Assembly (NCBI GenBank): GCA_965552055.1
Contig: CBEVQO010000005.1
Coordinates: forward strand, 13,373 to 77,372
DNA length: 64,000 nucleotides
Source of the DNA: an uncultured bacterium
GTDB taxonomy: Bacteria > Hydrothermota > UBA3073 > NMUJ01 > CBEVQO01
Direction: 5' to 3'
The translations under genes and the position numbers were made by a program. Shown here piece after piece: positions 51,431 through 60,576 of this stretch; the stretch's first letter is position 1, and each line of letters begins with the position of its first letter. Below the pieces are notes generated by a model. It saw nothing but the letters and a program-made list of their open reading frames with translations. It had not been told where the DNA came from and did no database searches.

Positions 51431-52428
51431 TGTTGAAGCAATTAGAGTACTGGATAAGAAAGGTGATAAGAGAAACAAAAGACCTTGAATTTGACACTCA
51501 CCTGATCGGTGTAAGGACTAAAAAAGAGGATTATCCGAAAGCCATTTTTAATAGGACTTTAAGTGAAGCTGTAAAAAGGAAATATGGTTCAAGGTTTGAC
51601 CCCAAGAATCCCGATGTTCAGATAATATGCGATATTGATAAAGATGAGATAGAATTTTACATAAAGCCTGTCTTCCTTTATGGTAGATACAGAAAACTTG
51701 TGCGTGGTATTCCTCAAACTCGCTGGGATTGTAAGGAATGCGGAGGAAAAGGATGTGAAAAATGTAATTACACAGGCAAAATGTATCCTGAATCTGTAGA
51801 GGAGATAATAGGTGATAAGGTTAAAGAATATTTTAAAGCAGAAGAAATAATTTTGCATGGTTGTGGCAGAGAAGATGTAGATGCGAGGATGCTTGGAAAT
51901 GGCAGACCATTTGTGCTCGAAATAAGAAAACCATGGAAAAGAAGAGTTGATTTGAACAAACTTACAGAAGAAATAAATGATAGTGCAAAAGGGAAAATTG
52001 AAGTTTTATTTTTGCGTTATACTGAGAGGCATGCCGTTAGATTGATAAAAGCGGTTCGTCCAAAGAAAGTTTATCTTGTAAATGTGAAGTTCGAGGAGCG
52101 GGTTGACAAAAGTAAGCTTCTGATGGCACTGGATGAATTAAAAGGTAAGGAGATAGTGCAAAGGACACCGATAAGGGTTCTGCATCGCAGAGCCAATTTA
52201 AAAAGGATAAGAAAAGTTTATGATTGTAAATTGATAGAGTTTAACGATTCTACTGCAAAGATAGAGTTTACATGTGAAAGCGGTATGTATGTTAAAGAGA
52301 TGATTTCAGGTGACTTTGGCAGGACGAAGCCCAGTTTAAGCGAAATACTCGGCGTGCAATGTGAGGTGCAGGAGCTCGATGTAATAGGTGTTGAGAAGAT
52401 TCCGTTAGAAGAATTTGGGTTCCTCTAA
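51430..52428 (+). CDS. tRNA pseudouridine synthase Pus10-like (archaeal/eukaryotic type)
   Basis: Zinc ribbon CKECGGKGCEKCNYTG and block HGCGREDVDARMLGNGRPF resembling the Pus10 catalytic-Asp region. ORF track starts at 51400; the ATG at 51430 (MLKQLEYW) overlaps the giant gene stop as TAATG. Confidence 0.55.
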   Translation: MLKQLEYWIRKVIRETKDLEFDTHLIGVRTKKEDYPKAIFNRTLSEAVKRKYGSRFDPKNPDVQIICDIDKDEIEFYIKPVFLYGRYRKLVRGIPQTRWDCKECGGKGCEKCNYTGKMYPESVEEIIGDKVKEYFKAEEIILHGCGREDVDARMLGNGRPFVLEIRKPWKRRVDLNKLTEEINDSAKGKIEVLFLRYTERHAVRLIKAVRPKKVYLVNVKFEERVDKSKLLMALDELKGKEIVQRTPIRVLHRRANLKRIRKVYDCKLIEFNDSTAKIEFTCESGMYVKEMISGDFGRTKPSLSEILGVQCEVQELDVIGVEKIPLEEFGFL

Positions 52429-53217
52429 AACATAATCCAGTGGATTTTTTGGTACACCGTCATATAAAATTTCATAATGGAGGACAGGTCCCACTGTTAA
52501 TCCTGTTTTGCCGACATATCCGATAATTTGTCCTCTTTTTACTTTATCTCCTTTTTTAACGATAATTTCTTTTAAATGTGAATATTTTGTTTTAAAGCCA
52601 TTGCCGTGATCAATAACAATTGTTTTTCCGAAGAATCTTTTATAACCTGCGAATTCCACTTCTCCTGATGCTGTGGCTATAACAGCTGCCCCTTCTTTAC
52701 ACGCAATATCTATGCCCGTTGAAATACGCGTTTGGTCTGTAAAAATATCCCTTTGATAGCCATAAGTCTTTATAATCCAGCCATCTACAGGTAGAATCGA
52801 TGGAACAGTTTCTGAAAGTTTTTTATCTTTACTGATAATATCTTCAATATGACTTAACAAAAATGAACTTAATCTTACATCCTGATACATTTTGTTAATA
52901 TCCATTGTGAAGACTTCTTTTTTCTTTTTATAATTTGTATAAAAGGATTTTCTTACTTTTTTCGCAAGCGAGAATAATGCTTCCGTTTTTTCCTTTAAGG
53001 AATCAAGTTTCACTTTTAAATTTTGCAGTTTTTCTCTTTTAATTTTTAAATCTTCAATAACTTTTTGCGGTGATTTTCTTACAAACTGTATTTTAAACCC
53101 AATAATAGGCGTCGCAATCATCGCAGATAAAAATATGATCAGTAATATGAAAAGAGGTAGAGGTATCTTTATTTGTCTTATTTTACCTGAATGATGGGGA
53201 ATTATTTTTATAACCAT
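52405..53217 (-). CDS. M23/LytM-domain protein with coiled-coil N-terminus and degenerate active site (EnvC/NlpD-like activator candidate)
   Basis: TM/signal segment, coiled-coil (LKIKREKLQNLKVKLDSLKEKTEAL), M23 domain with VIDHGNGFKTKYSHL but GPVLHYEI where catalytic M23 enzymes have an HxH motif (first His missing). Confidence 0.6.
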   Translation of the reverse strand: MVIKIIPHHSGKIRQIKIPLPLFILLIIFLSAMIATPIIGFKIQFVRKSPQKVIEDLKIKREKLQNLKVKLDSLKEKTEALFSLAKKVRKSFYTNYKKKKEVFTMDINKMYQDVRLSSFLLSHIEDIISKDKKLSETVPSILPVDGWIIKTYGYQRDIFTDQTRISTGIDIACKEGAAVIATASGEVEFAGYKRFFGKTIVIDHGNGFKTKYSHLKEIIVKKGDKVKRGQIIGYVGKTGLTVGPVLHYEILYDGVPKNPLDYVLEEPKFF

Positions 53218-54026
53218 TTAGACATTTTTCTGAGCTTCTCGATTGCTCTGTTTTTAATTTGTCTTACTCTTTCTCTTGTGAGTCCCAGCATTTCTCCTAT
53301 TTCCTTCAAAGTATGAGGTCTATTATCTCCGAGTCCGAAATATTTTTCGAGAACGAATCTTTCCTTATCGGACAATTCTTTTATTTTTTCTTGAATTTCC
53401 TCGCGTACCATTTCTTTCAGTGCAACATCTTCCAGTGGCTCTGTATGTTCTTCTATTACTTCCAGCATCTGTAATCCATCTCTTACCGATGCATCTAGTG
53501 AGATATCTTTTTGTGCAAGTTCCATGGCATAGAGAACTTCTTTTTCTCTCAATCCAAGTGCTTTTGCTATTTCTTTGACACCCGGTTGCTTTCCTTCTTC
53601 TGCCATTATTTTCTCTTCATGTTCTCTTACCGCTTTTGAGCTTATCATTTTGTGTGTCGGATAGCGTACTACTTTCATTTGACTGCATATTAGTTTCAGC
53701 ATTCTTTGTCTTATCCACCATGCAGCATAGGATATAAACCTCACTCCTTTGTTGGGGTCAAAACTCTGGAAAGCTCTAACCAGTCCCCAGTTACCTTCAT
53801 TTATCAATTCGGCAAAAGGTATACCTTCTCTCTTATAGAGCTTCGCAAGATTTATTACGAATTTCAGATGAGCGCTTAAGAATCTCTCCATCGCTTTTCT
53901 ATCTCCTGCTTTGGCTCGTTTCAATAATTCTTTCTCCTCTTCAGGCGTTAAATCAGGGATTCTGGCTATTTCTTTCATATATATGCTTAAAGGATCGTCC
54001 CTCATTTTGGCTCCACTGTTAACCAA
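53208..54026 (-). CDS. Sigma-70-family RNA polymerase sigma factor (group 2/3-like, 272 aa)
   Basis: Region 2 LINEGNWGLVRAFQSFDPNKGVRFISYAAWWIRQRM, region 3, and region 4.2 HTH LKEIGEMLGLTRERVRQIKNRAIEKLR. Confidence 0.75.
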   Translation of the reverse strand: MVNSGAKMRDDPLSIYMKEIARIPDLTPEEEKELLKRAKAGDRKAMERFLSAHLKFVINLAKLYKREGIPFAELINEGNWGLVRAFQSFDPNKGVRFISYAAWWIRQRMLKLICSQMKVVRYPTHKMISSKAVREHEEKIMAEEGKQPGVKEIAKALGLREKEVLYAMELAQKDISLDASVRDGLQMLEVIEEHTEPLEDVALKEMVREEIQEKIKELSDKERFVLEKYFGLGDNRPHTLKEIGEMLGLTRERVRQIKNRAIEKLRKMSKWL

Positions 54027-55300
54027 ACTTTCATTTCACCTCTTTTCAAAACAAACAAAATTGGCTTCTCTGAATCTTTATATTGATTGATAGCTTCTTT
54101 ATAATCTTTAATGTCTTTTATTCTTTTATCTCCTATTCTTATGATTATGTCATCTTTTTCAATCCCTGCTTTTTCTGCTTTGCTTCTTGGTGCTACTTCA
54201 ACGACTTTCACACCTTCTTCTGTCTGCTTGACTTTGATTCCAAGCCATTCTGTCTCTGCTACTTCTAACTTCTCTGGTCTTTCACCCAATTTTACTTTTA
54301 TGGTTTTTTCTTTCTTTTCTCTCAAGATTTTGAGTGTTATTTCTGTTCCCGGTTTTGTATACATTATTTTCCACTGGAAGTTATCAGGATTCACTTTTTC
54401 TCCGTCTATTTCCAGTATTATGTCTCCTGCTTCGAGACCTGCTTTTTCCGCAGGACTTCCTTTTATTACATCCTGAACAAGTATTCCGTCTTCTTTAACT
54501 CCGAGTGCCTCTTTTAAGCTTTTTGTAAGCGGTCGCCAGTAAATTCCGAGGTATCCGTATTTTATCCCTCCTGCAATCAATTCTCCAAGAAATCTTTTCA
54601 CAAGATTTATAGGAATTGCAAAGCCTATCCCCACATTTCCGCCACTTGGAGTCGCTATAGCAGTATTTACACCTATGACCCTTCCGTAAATGTCACAGAG
54701 AGGACCTCCTGAATTCCCCGGATTTATAGCTGCGTCTGTTTGAATAAAGTTCTGATAACGGGGACCCCCGGGTAGTGGCACATGAGAGCGTCCTTTTGCA
54801 CTTACTACTCCAACGGTAACAGTATATTCGAAACCAAAAGGATTACCGATGGCGATAACCCAGTCACCCACTTCTATTGAATCAGAATTACCAAGTTCAG
54901 CACATGGTAAATTTTTTGCATCAATCTTTAGTAATGCGATATCAATGTTTGCATCTTTGCTGACAATCTTTGCATCATATTCTTTTTCTCCCACTTTTAC
55001 TTTAATTTTTTGCGCTCCCTTAACAACATGATAATTTGTGATGATATAACCATCTTCCCTGATGATAAATCCTGAACCCAAACTTCTTCTTGGTATTTCA
55101 TACTCTCTGAACAGTTCAGGGAACAATTGTTTTAGCCATTCATCAGCAAAGAAAGGTTCGAAAGGCGACTTATATTTTATCACACTTTCAGCGCTTATGT
55201 TCACAACTGCTGGCTTTATCTTTTTAACCGCTTTCGTAAAAGGACTGTGATAGGTAAATACATTCTGCGACACTATTAAGAGTGCCAGCAATACACCCAT
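54002..55300 (-). CDS. HtrA/DegP-family periplasmic serine endopeptidase with PDZ domains
   Basis: Signal peptide; catalytic triad context (ITNYHVV His, DIALLKI Asp, GNSGGPL Ser); two PDZ-like regions (GSPAEKAGLEAGDIILEIDG, APRSKAEKAGIEKDDIIIRIG). Confidence 0.85.
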   Translation of the reverse strand: MGVLLALLIVSQNVFTYHSPFTKAVKKIKPAVVNISAESVIKYKSPFEPFFADEWLKQLFPELFREYEIPRRSLGSGFIIREDGYIITNYHVVKGAQKIKVKVGEKEYDAKIVSKDANIDIALLKIDAKNLPCAELGNSDSIEVGDWVIAIGNPFGFEYTVTVGVVSAKGRSHVPLPGGPRYQNFIQTDAAINPGNSGGPLCDIYGRVIGVNTAIATPSGGNVGIGFAIPINLVKRFLGELIAGGIKYGYLGIYWRPLTKSLKEALGVKEDGILVQDVIKGSPAEKAGLEAGDIILEIDGEKVNPDNFQWKIMYTKPGTEITLKILREKKEKTIKVKLGERPEKLEVAETEWLGIKVKQTEEGVKVVEVAPRSKAEKAGIEKDDIIIRIGDKRIKDIKDYKEAINQYKDSEKPILFVLKRGEMKVWLTVEPK

Positions 55301-55309
55301 TTTGCCCTC

Positions 55310-55888
55310 CTATTCATAACGCTTAACTTCCCCATTATATTTCTTATATTTTTTTCCACATTTCTTACATACTGCTTTGCCATTTTCAAAATATAATTTT
55401 TCTCCACATTCACACATGTAACCTATTATCTTTGCAGGCACTCCTACAACGATTGCGTAATCTGGCACATCTTTCGTTACAACCGCACCAGCACCAACAA
55501 ATGCCCATCTCCCAATAGTTATTCCGCAAACTATAGTAGCATTTGCACCAATAGTGGCACCCTCTTTCACAAGAGTTGGCACCCAATTACCATGTTTCGG
55601 ATAAGGGGCACGCGGATTAATATCATTCGTGAAAACGGCAGAAGGTCCTACAAAAACATTATCTTCGAGGGTGACAAGGTCATAAACAGATACATTATTT
55701 TGTATTTTTACACCGTTTCCAATCACGGCTCTTCTTCCTATAAAGCAATTTTGTCCTATTACACAGTTTTTACCTATTTTCGCACCGCCCATTACATGAG
55801 TGAAATGCCAGATCTTTGTGCCATCGCCAATCTCTGCACCTTCATCAACAACAGCCGTCGGATGAATAAAATAATCTCCCATATCCAA
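55310..55888 (-). CDS. Left-handed beta-helix (hexapeptide-repeat) acyltransferase with C-terminal Cys4 zinc ribbon
   Basis: Tandem hexapeptide repeats ([43 protein letters not shown]...); C-terminal CECGEK...CKKCGKK. Confidence 0.65.
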   Translation of the reverse strand: MDMGDYFIHPTAVVDEGAEIGDGTKIWHFTHVMGGAKIGKNCVIGQNCFIGRRAVIGNGVKIQNNVSVYDLVTLEDNVFVGPSAVFTNDINPRAPYPKHGNWVPTLVKEGATIGANATIVCGITIGRWAFVGAGAVVTKDVPDYAIVVGVPAKIIGYMCECGEKLYFENGKAVCKKCGKKYKKYNGEVKRYE

Positions 55889-55914
55889 AAATTTATTATA
55901 TTCATATTTTCAAT

Positions 55915-56889
55915 TTGTCAAGTAGAAATTTCTTTATTGCCATTTTAATATTCCGAATAAATTTAATGGTGAAAAGATTTTTATTCATGATAATTATTTT
56001 GCTAACCTGTTCGCCACCCAGGGACAACCCCTTTGACCCCAATTCTCCCATTTTTAAATTTGGTTTCTTAAAGGGAAGTGTTAAAAATCATTATCATATT
56101 CCTGTTCCTTATCCCGAAATCTATATTTTAGGTTCACAGAAAGGTTGTGGAGATTCTACGGGTAACTTCTTTTTTAAACTCGAAGAGGATTCCTATAAAG
56201 TCATTTTTTCAAAAAGCGGATATACATCGTCAACTTTATCTGTATGGATTGCATCTAAAGATACTCTTGAGGTCTTTCCCGTTATTGCAGGGATACCTTA
56301 TTTTGAAGAAGTCGGTGTTGCTTCTGAATTTTACAAAGGTACAGCGATTCAACCTGATAGATGTTATCTCACTATAAGAGCGGAAGTCAAAGACCCCGAT
56401 GGATTACAGGATATAGATAGTGTGAAGTGCCTTATACCTGCTGATAATCCATATTATGTAACTCTTTTTCCTTCTGCAGGATACTATGAGGCTACAATAA
56501 AGGGCACGAGTATTGTGACGATAGAAAACTGGGTTGGCAGGACTTTTCGCGCTTATGCAGTAGATAAATGGGGGATTAGGGGTTTTTCTCGTGATTTTAC
56601 ACTTGTAAGAGTTATAAAGGAGACAGCGAATCCTTTATATCCCCAAAATGGTGATTCGGTGGAATCTCCCGTGACCTTTGTGTGGAGAAAGCCGGATGTG
56701 AATTTTAGCATTCATTATCAGCTGATATTATACGAAGAAAACGGTGCAGAGAGAATTTTCGATACAGAAGATACCACAATTACGCTTTCACTTAATCCTT
56801 CACGCTATAGCTATTACATAAGAGCAATAGACGAATTCGGTAATTTCTCACAATCCACTTACACTGTCTTTTATGTTATCTCAAAATGA
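55915..56889 (+). CDS. Hypothetical lipoprotein with Ig-like beta-sandwich regions
   Basis: Probable start at internal Met MVKRFLFMIIILLTCSPP (lipobox LLTC); beta-rich sequence. Confidence 0.45.
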   Translation: MSSRNFFIAILIFRINLMVKRFLFMIIILLTCSPPRDNPFDPNSPIFKFGFLKGSVKNHYHIPVPYPEIYILGSQKGCGDSTGNFFFKLEEDSYKVIFSKSGYTSSTLSVWIASKDTLEVFPVIAGIPYFEEVGVASEFYKGTAIQPDRCYLTIRAEVKDPDGLQDIDSVKCLIPADNPYYVTLFPSAGYYEATIKGTSIVTIENWVGRTFRAYAVDKWGIRGFSRDFTLVRVIKETANPLYPQNGDSVESPVTFVWRKPDVNFSIHYQLILYEENGAERIFDTEDTTITLSLNPSRYSYYIRAIDEFGNFSQSTYTVFYVISK

Positions 56890-58438
56890 TGAGCTTTTCT
56901 ACTCTATTATCCTGAGTTCTTACAAAGTAAATTCCCTCTTTAAGATTTGAAATACGAATAATCCCTGACTCATTTTTCAAAGAGCATATTTTTCTGCCTG
57001 TTATGTCGAATATTTCAATATTGCCTTTATAATTTATTTTTATGTAATCTTTTGCGGGATTTGGTATTAATTTTAATTTTGAAATCTTATTTTTATTTTC
57101 ATAGGTTGCTACTACTCCTTCGTTTATAACAACAGGTATCGATTCGTCGAAAGTTGCTGCGAAAACAGTATCACTGATAAAATCAGGTGTATTCCCGTAA
57201 ATTTTGTATAAGCCCGGAGTTAAACCGGTGAGATAAAAATTACCATAGGGGTCAGAGAGCGTAGTTTTCACACTTTTAGAGTTTCTGGCGATTATAATGC
57301 CTATCTTCTGTATCTTACAATAAGAAAGTTTTCCGTAAAGTGTAAAATACCCTGTTTTGCTTCTATTAAGTTTAAAGTTAATGTTCGAAGCCGATGATGA
57401 GAATTTAATCGCTTCCTGAAAATTAAAAGTGGATGGATAAAGTACACCTGTATGATTTTTTGCGAAGCAATAAAGATAAACTTCACCATGTAATCCGCTT
57501 AATCTGTAAAATCCATCACGATTTGTGATCGCACAATAGAACTTTGAGTTTTCATCAAATGCAAATACAAAAGCAGGATAAATTGGTGCACTGTCTTCTA
57601 CATAGCCTTCGATTGAAAAGCCTGTATTAACACTATCAAAAGTAAGTATAAGTGATGTATCGTTTTTGAGAAAAATGCTATCTATCGATGGTAGATAACC
57701 ATTTGCTACCGCTAATATCTTGTAGTTACCCTCAGGTAATAATAGAGTGTCCGTTATATCAACTTTTTTAATGGTGCAATATGTTTTTGATGCTATAAAA
57801 ACATAAGCTGAGCAATTTGTTGTTAGAGTTAAATTCAATAAGTTTGAAGGTTGCCTATATATTTCGATGTAGTAGTTTTCATCGGGTGCGAGATGTAAGT
57901 TTTCTATTTTGTTGATTATAAGGCCTTTGTAAAATGCTTCGAGTGTATAATGTGAGATTTTGCTTGTGTCCGGTGGTATATTATCGATGATGAACTCACC
58001 ATTTTCATCCGTTGATGCTGTTCCTACCGTATAAAGGTCGTTAAATTTTAATATTAAAGTTGCATCTTTTAAAGGTGTGGAATCCGTGTCCATTACTTTT
58101 CCGCTTATAGTAGCCGGATGCCAGTCGGGATTAGGCGATAGATTAAAATTTACATCTGTTATTTCACCTGTGATGATTATTTCAACGGCATCCTCAGGGA
58201 AATCCGCATTATACCACCACTGGGGGAAATATCCTCCTTTTTCTGCGTAAACATAAACGGTTTCCCCTGCTCTTAGACCGCTGAATTTATATCTCCCATC
58301 AGGAAAAGTATATGTCCATTTGTAAGGATATAAAGGTGCATCGAAAGCATTTTTTAATAGCAGTACGATAGAAAAATTCAAAGGTTCTCCATTACTTTCT
58401 ACTCTGCCAGTAAGTAATATTCCGATTAAAAAAATCAT
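56876..58438 (-). CDS. Secreted protein with carboxypeptidase-regulatory-like domains and T9SS C-terminal sorting domain
   Basis: Signal peptide; repeated CarboxypepD_reg-like modules (ISGKVMDTDSTPLKDATLIL...TDENGEFIID; GYVEDSAPIYPAFVFAFDENS...TNRDGFYRLSGL); tail LIPNPAKDYIKINYKGNIEIFDITGRKI...GIYFVRTQDNRVEKLIILR. Confidence 0.55.
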   Translation of the reverse strand: MIFLIGILLTGRVESNGEPLNFSIVLLLKNAFDAPLYPYKWTYTFPDGRYKFSGLRAGETVYVYAEKGGYFPQWWYNADFPEDAVEIIITGEITDVNFNLSPNPDWHPATISGKVMDTDSTPLKDATLILKFNDLYTVGTASTDENGEFIIDNIPPDTSKISHYTLEAFYKGLIINKIENLHLAPDENYYIEIYRQPSNLLNLTLTTNCSAYVFIASKTYCTIKKVDITDTLLLPEGNYKILAVANGYLPSIDSIFLKNDTSLILTFDSVNTGFSIEGYVEDSAPIYPAFVFAFDENSKFYCAITNRDGFYRLSGLHGEVYLYCFAKNHTGVLYPSTFNFQEAIKFSSSASNINFKLNRSKTGYFTLYGKLSYCKIQKIGIIIARNSKSVKTTLSDPYGNFYLTGLTPGLYKIYGNTPDFISDTVFAATFDESIPVVINEGVVATYENKNKISKLKLIPNPAKDYIKINYKGNIEIFDITGRKICSLKNESGIIRISNLKEGIYFVRTQDNRVEKLIILR

Positions 58439-58516
58439 CTCATTTGTTTTTTAGCAAATTTCATATCTACAGAATTTTGTAAAATTTAACCAATTTCATG
58501 CTTTATAAAGATAAAG

Positions 58517-58537
58517 TTAATGCAAATTTTGCATTAA
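58517..58537. promoter_or_regulatory. Perfect 10-bp inverted repeat TTAATGCAAA-t-TTTGCATTAA (operator or AT-rich terminator candidate)
   Basis: Located 15 nt downstream of the stop of gene 58553..59188 and ~80 nt upstream of the start of gene 56876..58438. A U-rich tract follows on the minus strand. Confidence 0.3.
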
Positions 58538-58552
58538 AATTGCAATTTTTGC

Positions 58553-59188
58553 TTACTTTAACAAAAAAATAAGATTTATAATGGGAAAGCAAAATGCAAG
58601 TGTAAAAGAGATATTACGCACATTATACCATAATTTGTATTTTTTATAAAATCTTTCAATTTCGCTTTCTTCCTTTGCACTTAAATATTTAAGATGAGCT
58701 TCTTCGTATTCTTTTTGCGAAAAATAAGAAAATCCAATCAAAAATAATTGTGTTCCCAGCAAAATAAATCCCTTTTTTCTTTTCCCGTTTTGTATGTCGT
58801 AAACACCCGGAATTATATGAATTGGTTTCAATACTTTTTTTCTCACAAAAACGGTTTCGATTTTTATTTTTTCGATAACAGGAATTTTAAATTCTTCTTT
58901 TGCTTTTTTAAACACTTTTATTACTTTTGGGGGAGTTACTGTGGGGTCGAGTTCGAGTTCAGGATTCAGAATAAGAGCCTCTCCGAACTCCAGCATTGCA
59001 AGATTTTCTTTGGATAAAGCAATATAAGAATATGCGAGGATTAAATGTAAATCTATTTTTTCACTTTTTTTCAACTTTTCTTCTTTCAAAATTTTTTTGG
59101 CAAGTTCTATTGTTGTTAAAAAATCGCCTTCTTCAAAATGTTTTTTTACTTCACTTAAATCGACCAAAATCAAAAAAATGAAAATCAT
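58553..59188 (-). CDS. Hypothetical membrane-anchored protein (TPR-like helical N-region, two C-terminal TM helices)
   Basis: 211-aa ORF, 4-nt overlap with the upstream Ser/Thr kinase gene; hydrophobic segments LLGTQLFLIGFSYF and FTLAFCFPIINLIFLL. Confidence 0.4.
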   Translation of the reverse strand: MIFIFLILVDLSEVKKHFEEGDFLTTIELAKKILKEEKLKKSEKIDLHLILAYSYIALSKENLAMLEFGEALILNPELELDPTVTPPKVIKVFKKAKEEFKIPVIEKIKIETVFVRKKVLKPIHIIPGVYDIQNGKRKKGFILLGTQLFLIGFSYFSQKEYEEAHLKYLSAKEESEIERFYKKYKLWYNVRNISFTLAFCFPIINLIFLLK

Positions 59189-60576
59189 TTTAGTTTGACT
59201 TTTATTCTTACGGTATCTCCTGCTTTAAAATTTATCTCCTTTTCCCACGGTTCAAAGTATGGATTTTGTAATCTTACTTTATGTTTTCCCGGTTTTATCT
59301 TAATAGCTTCTGCAATGGGTGTTTGGGTTATATATTCACCGTCTATGAAAACTTCTGCCCATGGTTTCACATTTAAAAATAGATAAGAAACTTCATTAAA
59401 TAAATTTACTGCAATTTTTTTATTTCCATTTATCTCAACTATTTTTGCAATTTCAGGAAAAGCCGGGTTCTTGAATTTAAGAGTATATTTTCCTTCTTTT
59501 AGCCCAAGTTTACAATAATTCGTATTTTTTGCGATTAACTTTTCGTTAAGGTAAATATCGCATTTGGGCTTGCATTCCACTTCTATTTCGTAAATTTTTA
59601 TCCGCTCTCTTATGATTTCAACTTTTCTTACAGTATCAACTTTTATTATAGTTTCTTTTGTTATTTTTTCCTCTGCTATTTTTCCTTTCCCCTTCTGTTC
59701 TTTTAAAAAGAGAATTAAAAATGCGAGCAAAACCGGGATTATATAAAACCATGATAATCTTTTTACTTTTTTCTTTGGGAGTTCTACTTTTAAATCTCTC
59801 AAAACTTCATCTGCGGATTTATATCTTTTTTCTGGCTCTTTTTCTATCATTTTCAATATCACATTTGCAAAGTCTTCGGGTGTTTGTTCCTGTAATTCTT
59901 TAATTCCTTCTGGTTTTTCTGTTAATATTTTTTTTAAAATCTCTGTAAATGTTTTTCCTGAATAAGGTGGTTTTCCTGTTATCATTTCGAGTGCGCATAT
60001 TCCCAGTGAATAGATGTCGGATGATGGTGTATAATCACGCCCTTGTAGCACTTCAAAGGGCAGGTAAGCTGGAGTGCCGGGTAATGTATCTTCTGATGTT
60101 ATTCTTAAAGCTTCCTTTGAGACAGCGAGACCGAAATCGGTTAAAACAGCTCTTTCTTCTGTTAGAATTATATTTTCGGGCTTAATATCTCTATGCACTA
60201 TTCCACGCGAATGAATATAAGATAATGCAGATAAAATATCTATTAAAATTTTTCTGGCTTCATTTAAAGGAATTCTTCCACGATTTATCCTTTGCCTTAA
60301 AGTTTCACCTTTTATGTATTCGAGACAGATGAAATAAGAGTCATCCATTTTTCCGAAATCTATAACCTTGACAATAGAAGGATGATTTAATTTTGATAAA
60401 ATTCTCGCTTCTCTGTGGAATCTTTTAATCATTTCTTCATTTTTTGAGATGGAATGATGTAAAACTTTTAAAATTACTTCTCTATCAAGTGATTTCTGTT
60501 TAGCGAGGTAGCATACGGATAAACCACCTCTTGCTATTTCTTTTATTATTTCAAATCCACAGATGATATTCCCCAT
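59185..60576 (-). CDS. Hanks-type serine/threonine protein kinase with TM segment and C-terminal beta-rich domain
   Basis: ATP-site Lys (VILKVL), catalytic loop HRDIKPENIIL, DFGLA, GTPAYLPFEVL; TM segment WFYIIPVLLAFLILFL; C-terminal ~170-aa extracytoplasmic region. Confidence 0.8.
   Translation of the reverse strand: MGNIICGFEIIKEIARGGLSVCYLAKQKSLDREVILKVLHHSISKNEEMIKRFHREARILSKLNHPSIVKVIDFGKMDDSYFICLEYIKGETLRQRINRGRIPLNEARKILIDILSALSYIHSRGIVHRDIKPENIILTEERAVLTDFGLAVSKEALRITSEDTLPGTPAYLPFEVLQGRDYTPSSDIYSLGICALEMITGKPPYSGKTFTEILKKILTEKPEGIKELQEQTPEDFANVILKMIEKEPEKRYKSADEVLRDLKVELPKKKVKRLSWFYIIPVLLAFLILFLKEQKGKGKIAEEKITKETIIKVDTVRKVEIIRERIKIYEIEVECKPKCDIYLNEKLIAKNTNYCKLGLKEGKYTLKFKNPAFPEIAKIVEINGNKKIAVNLFNEVSYLFLNVKPWAEVFIDGEYITQTPIAEAIKIKPGKHKVRLQNPYFEPWEKEINFKAGDTVRIKVKLK

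Noticed and set aside
58439-58552. Sigma-54 promoter upstream of the T9SS-cargo gene 56876..58438, expected from the neighbouring sigma-54 activator
   Set aside because: No GG-N10-GC element with correct spacing was found on the minus strand; the only GG is followed by AC at the -12 position.
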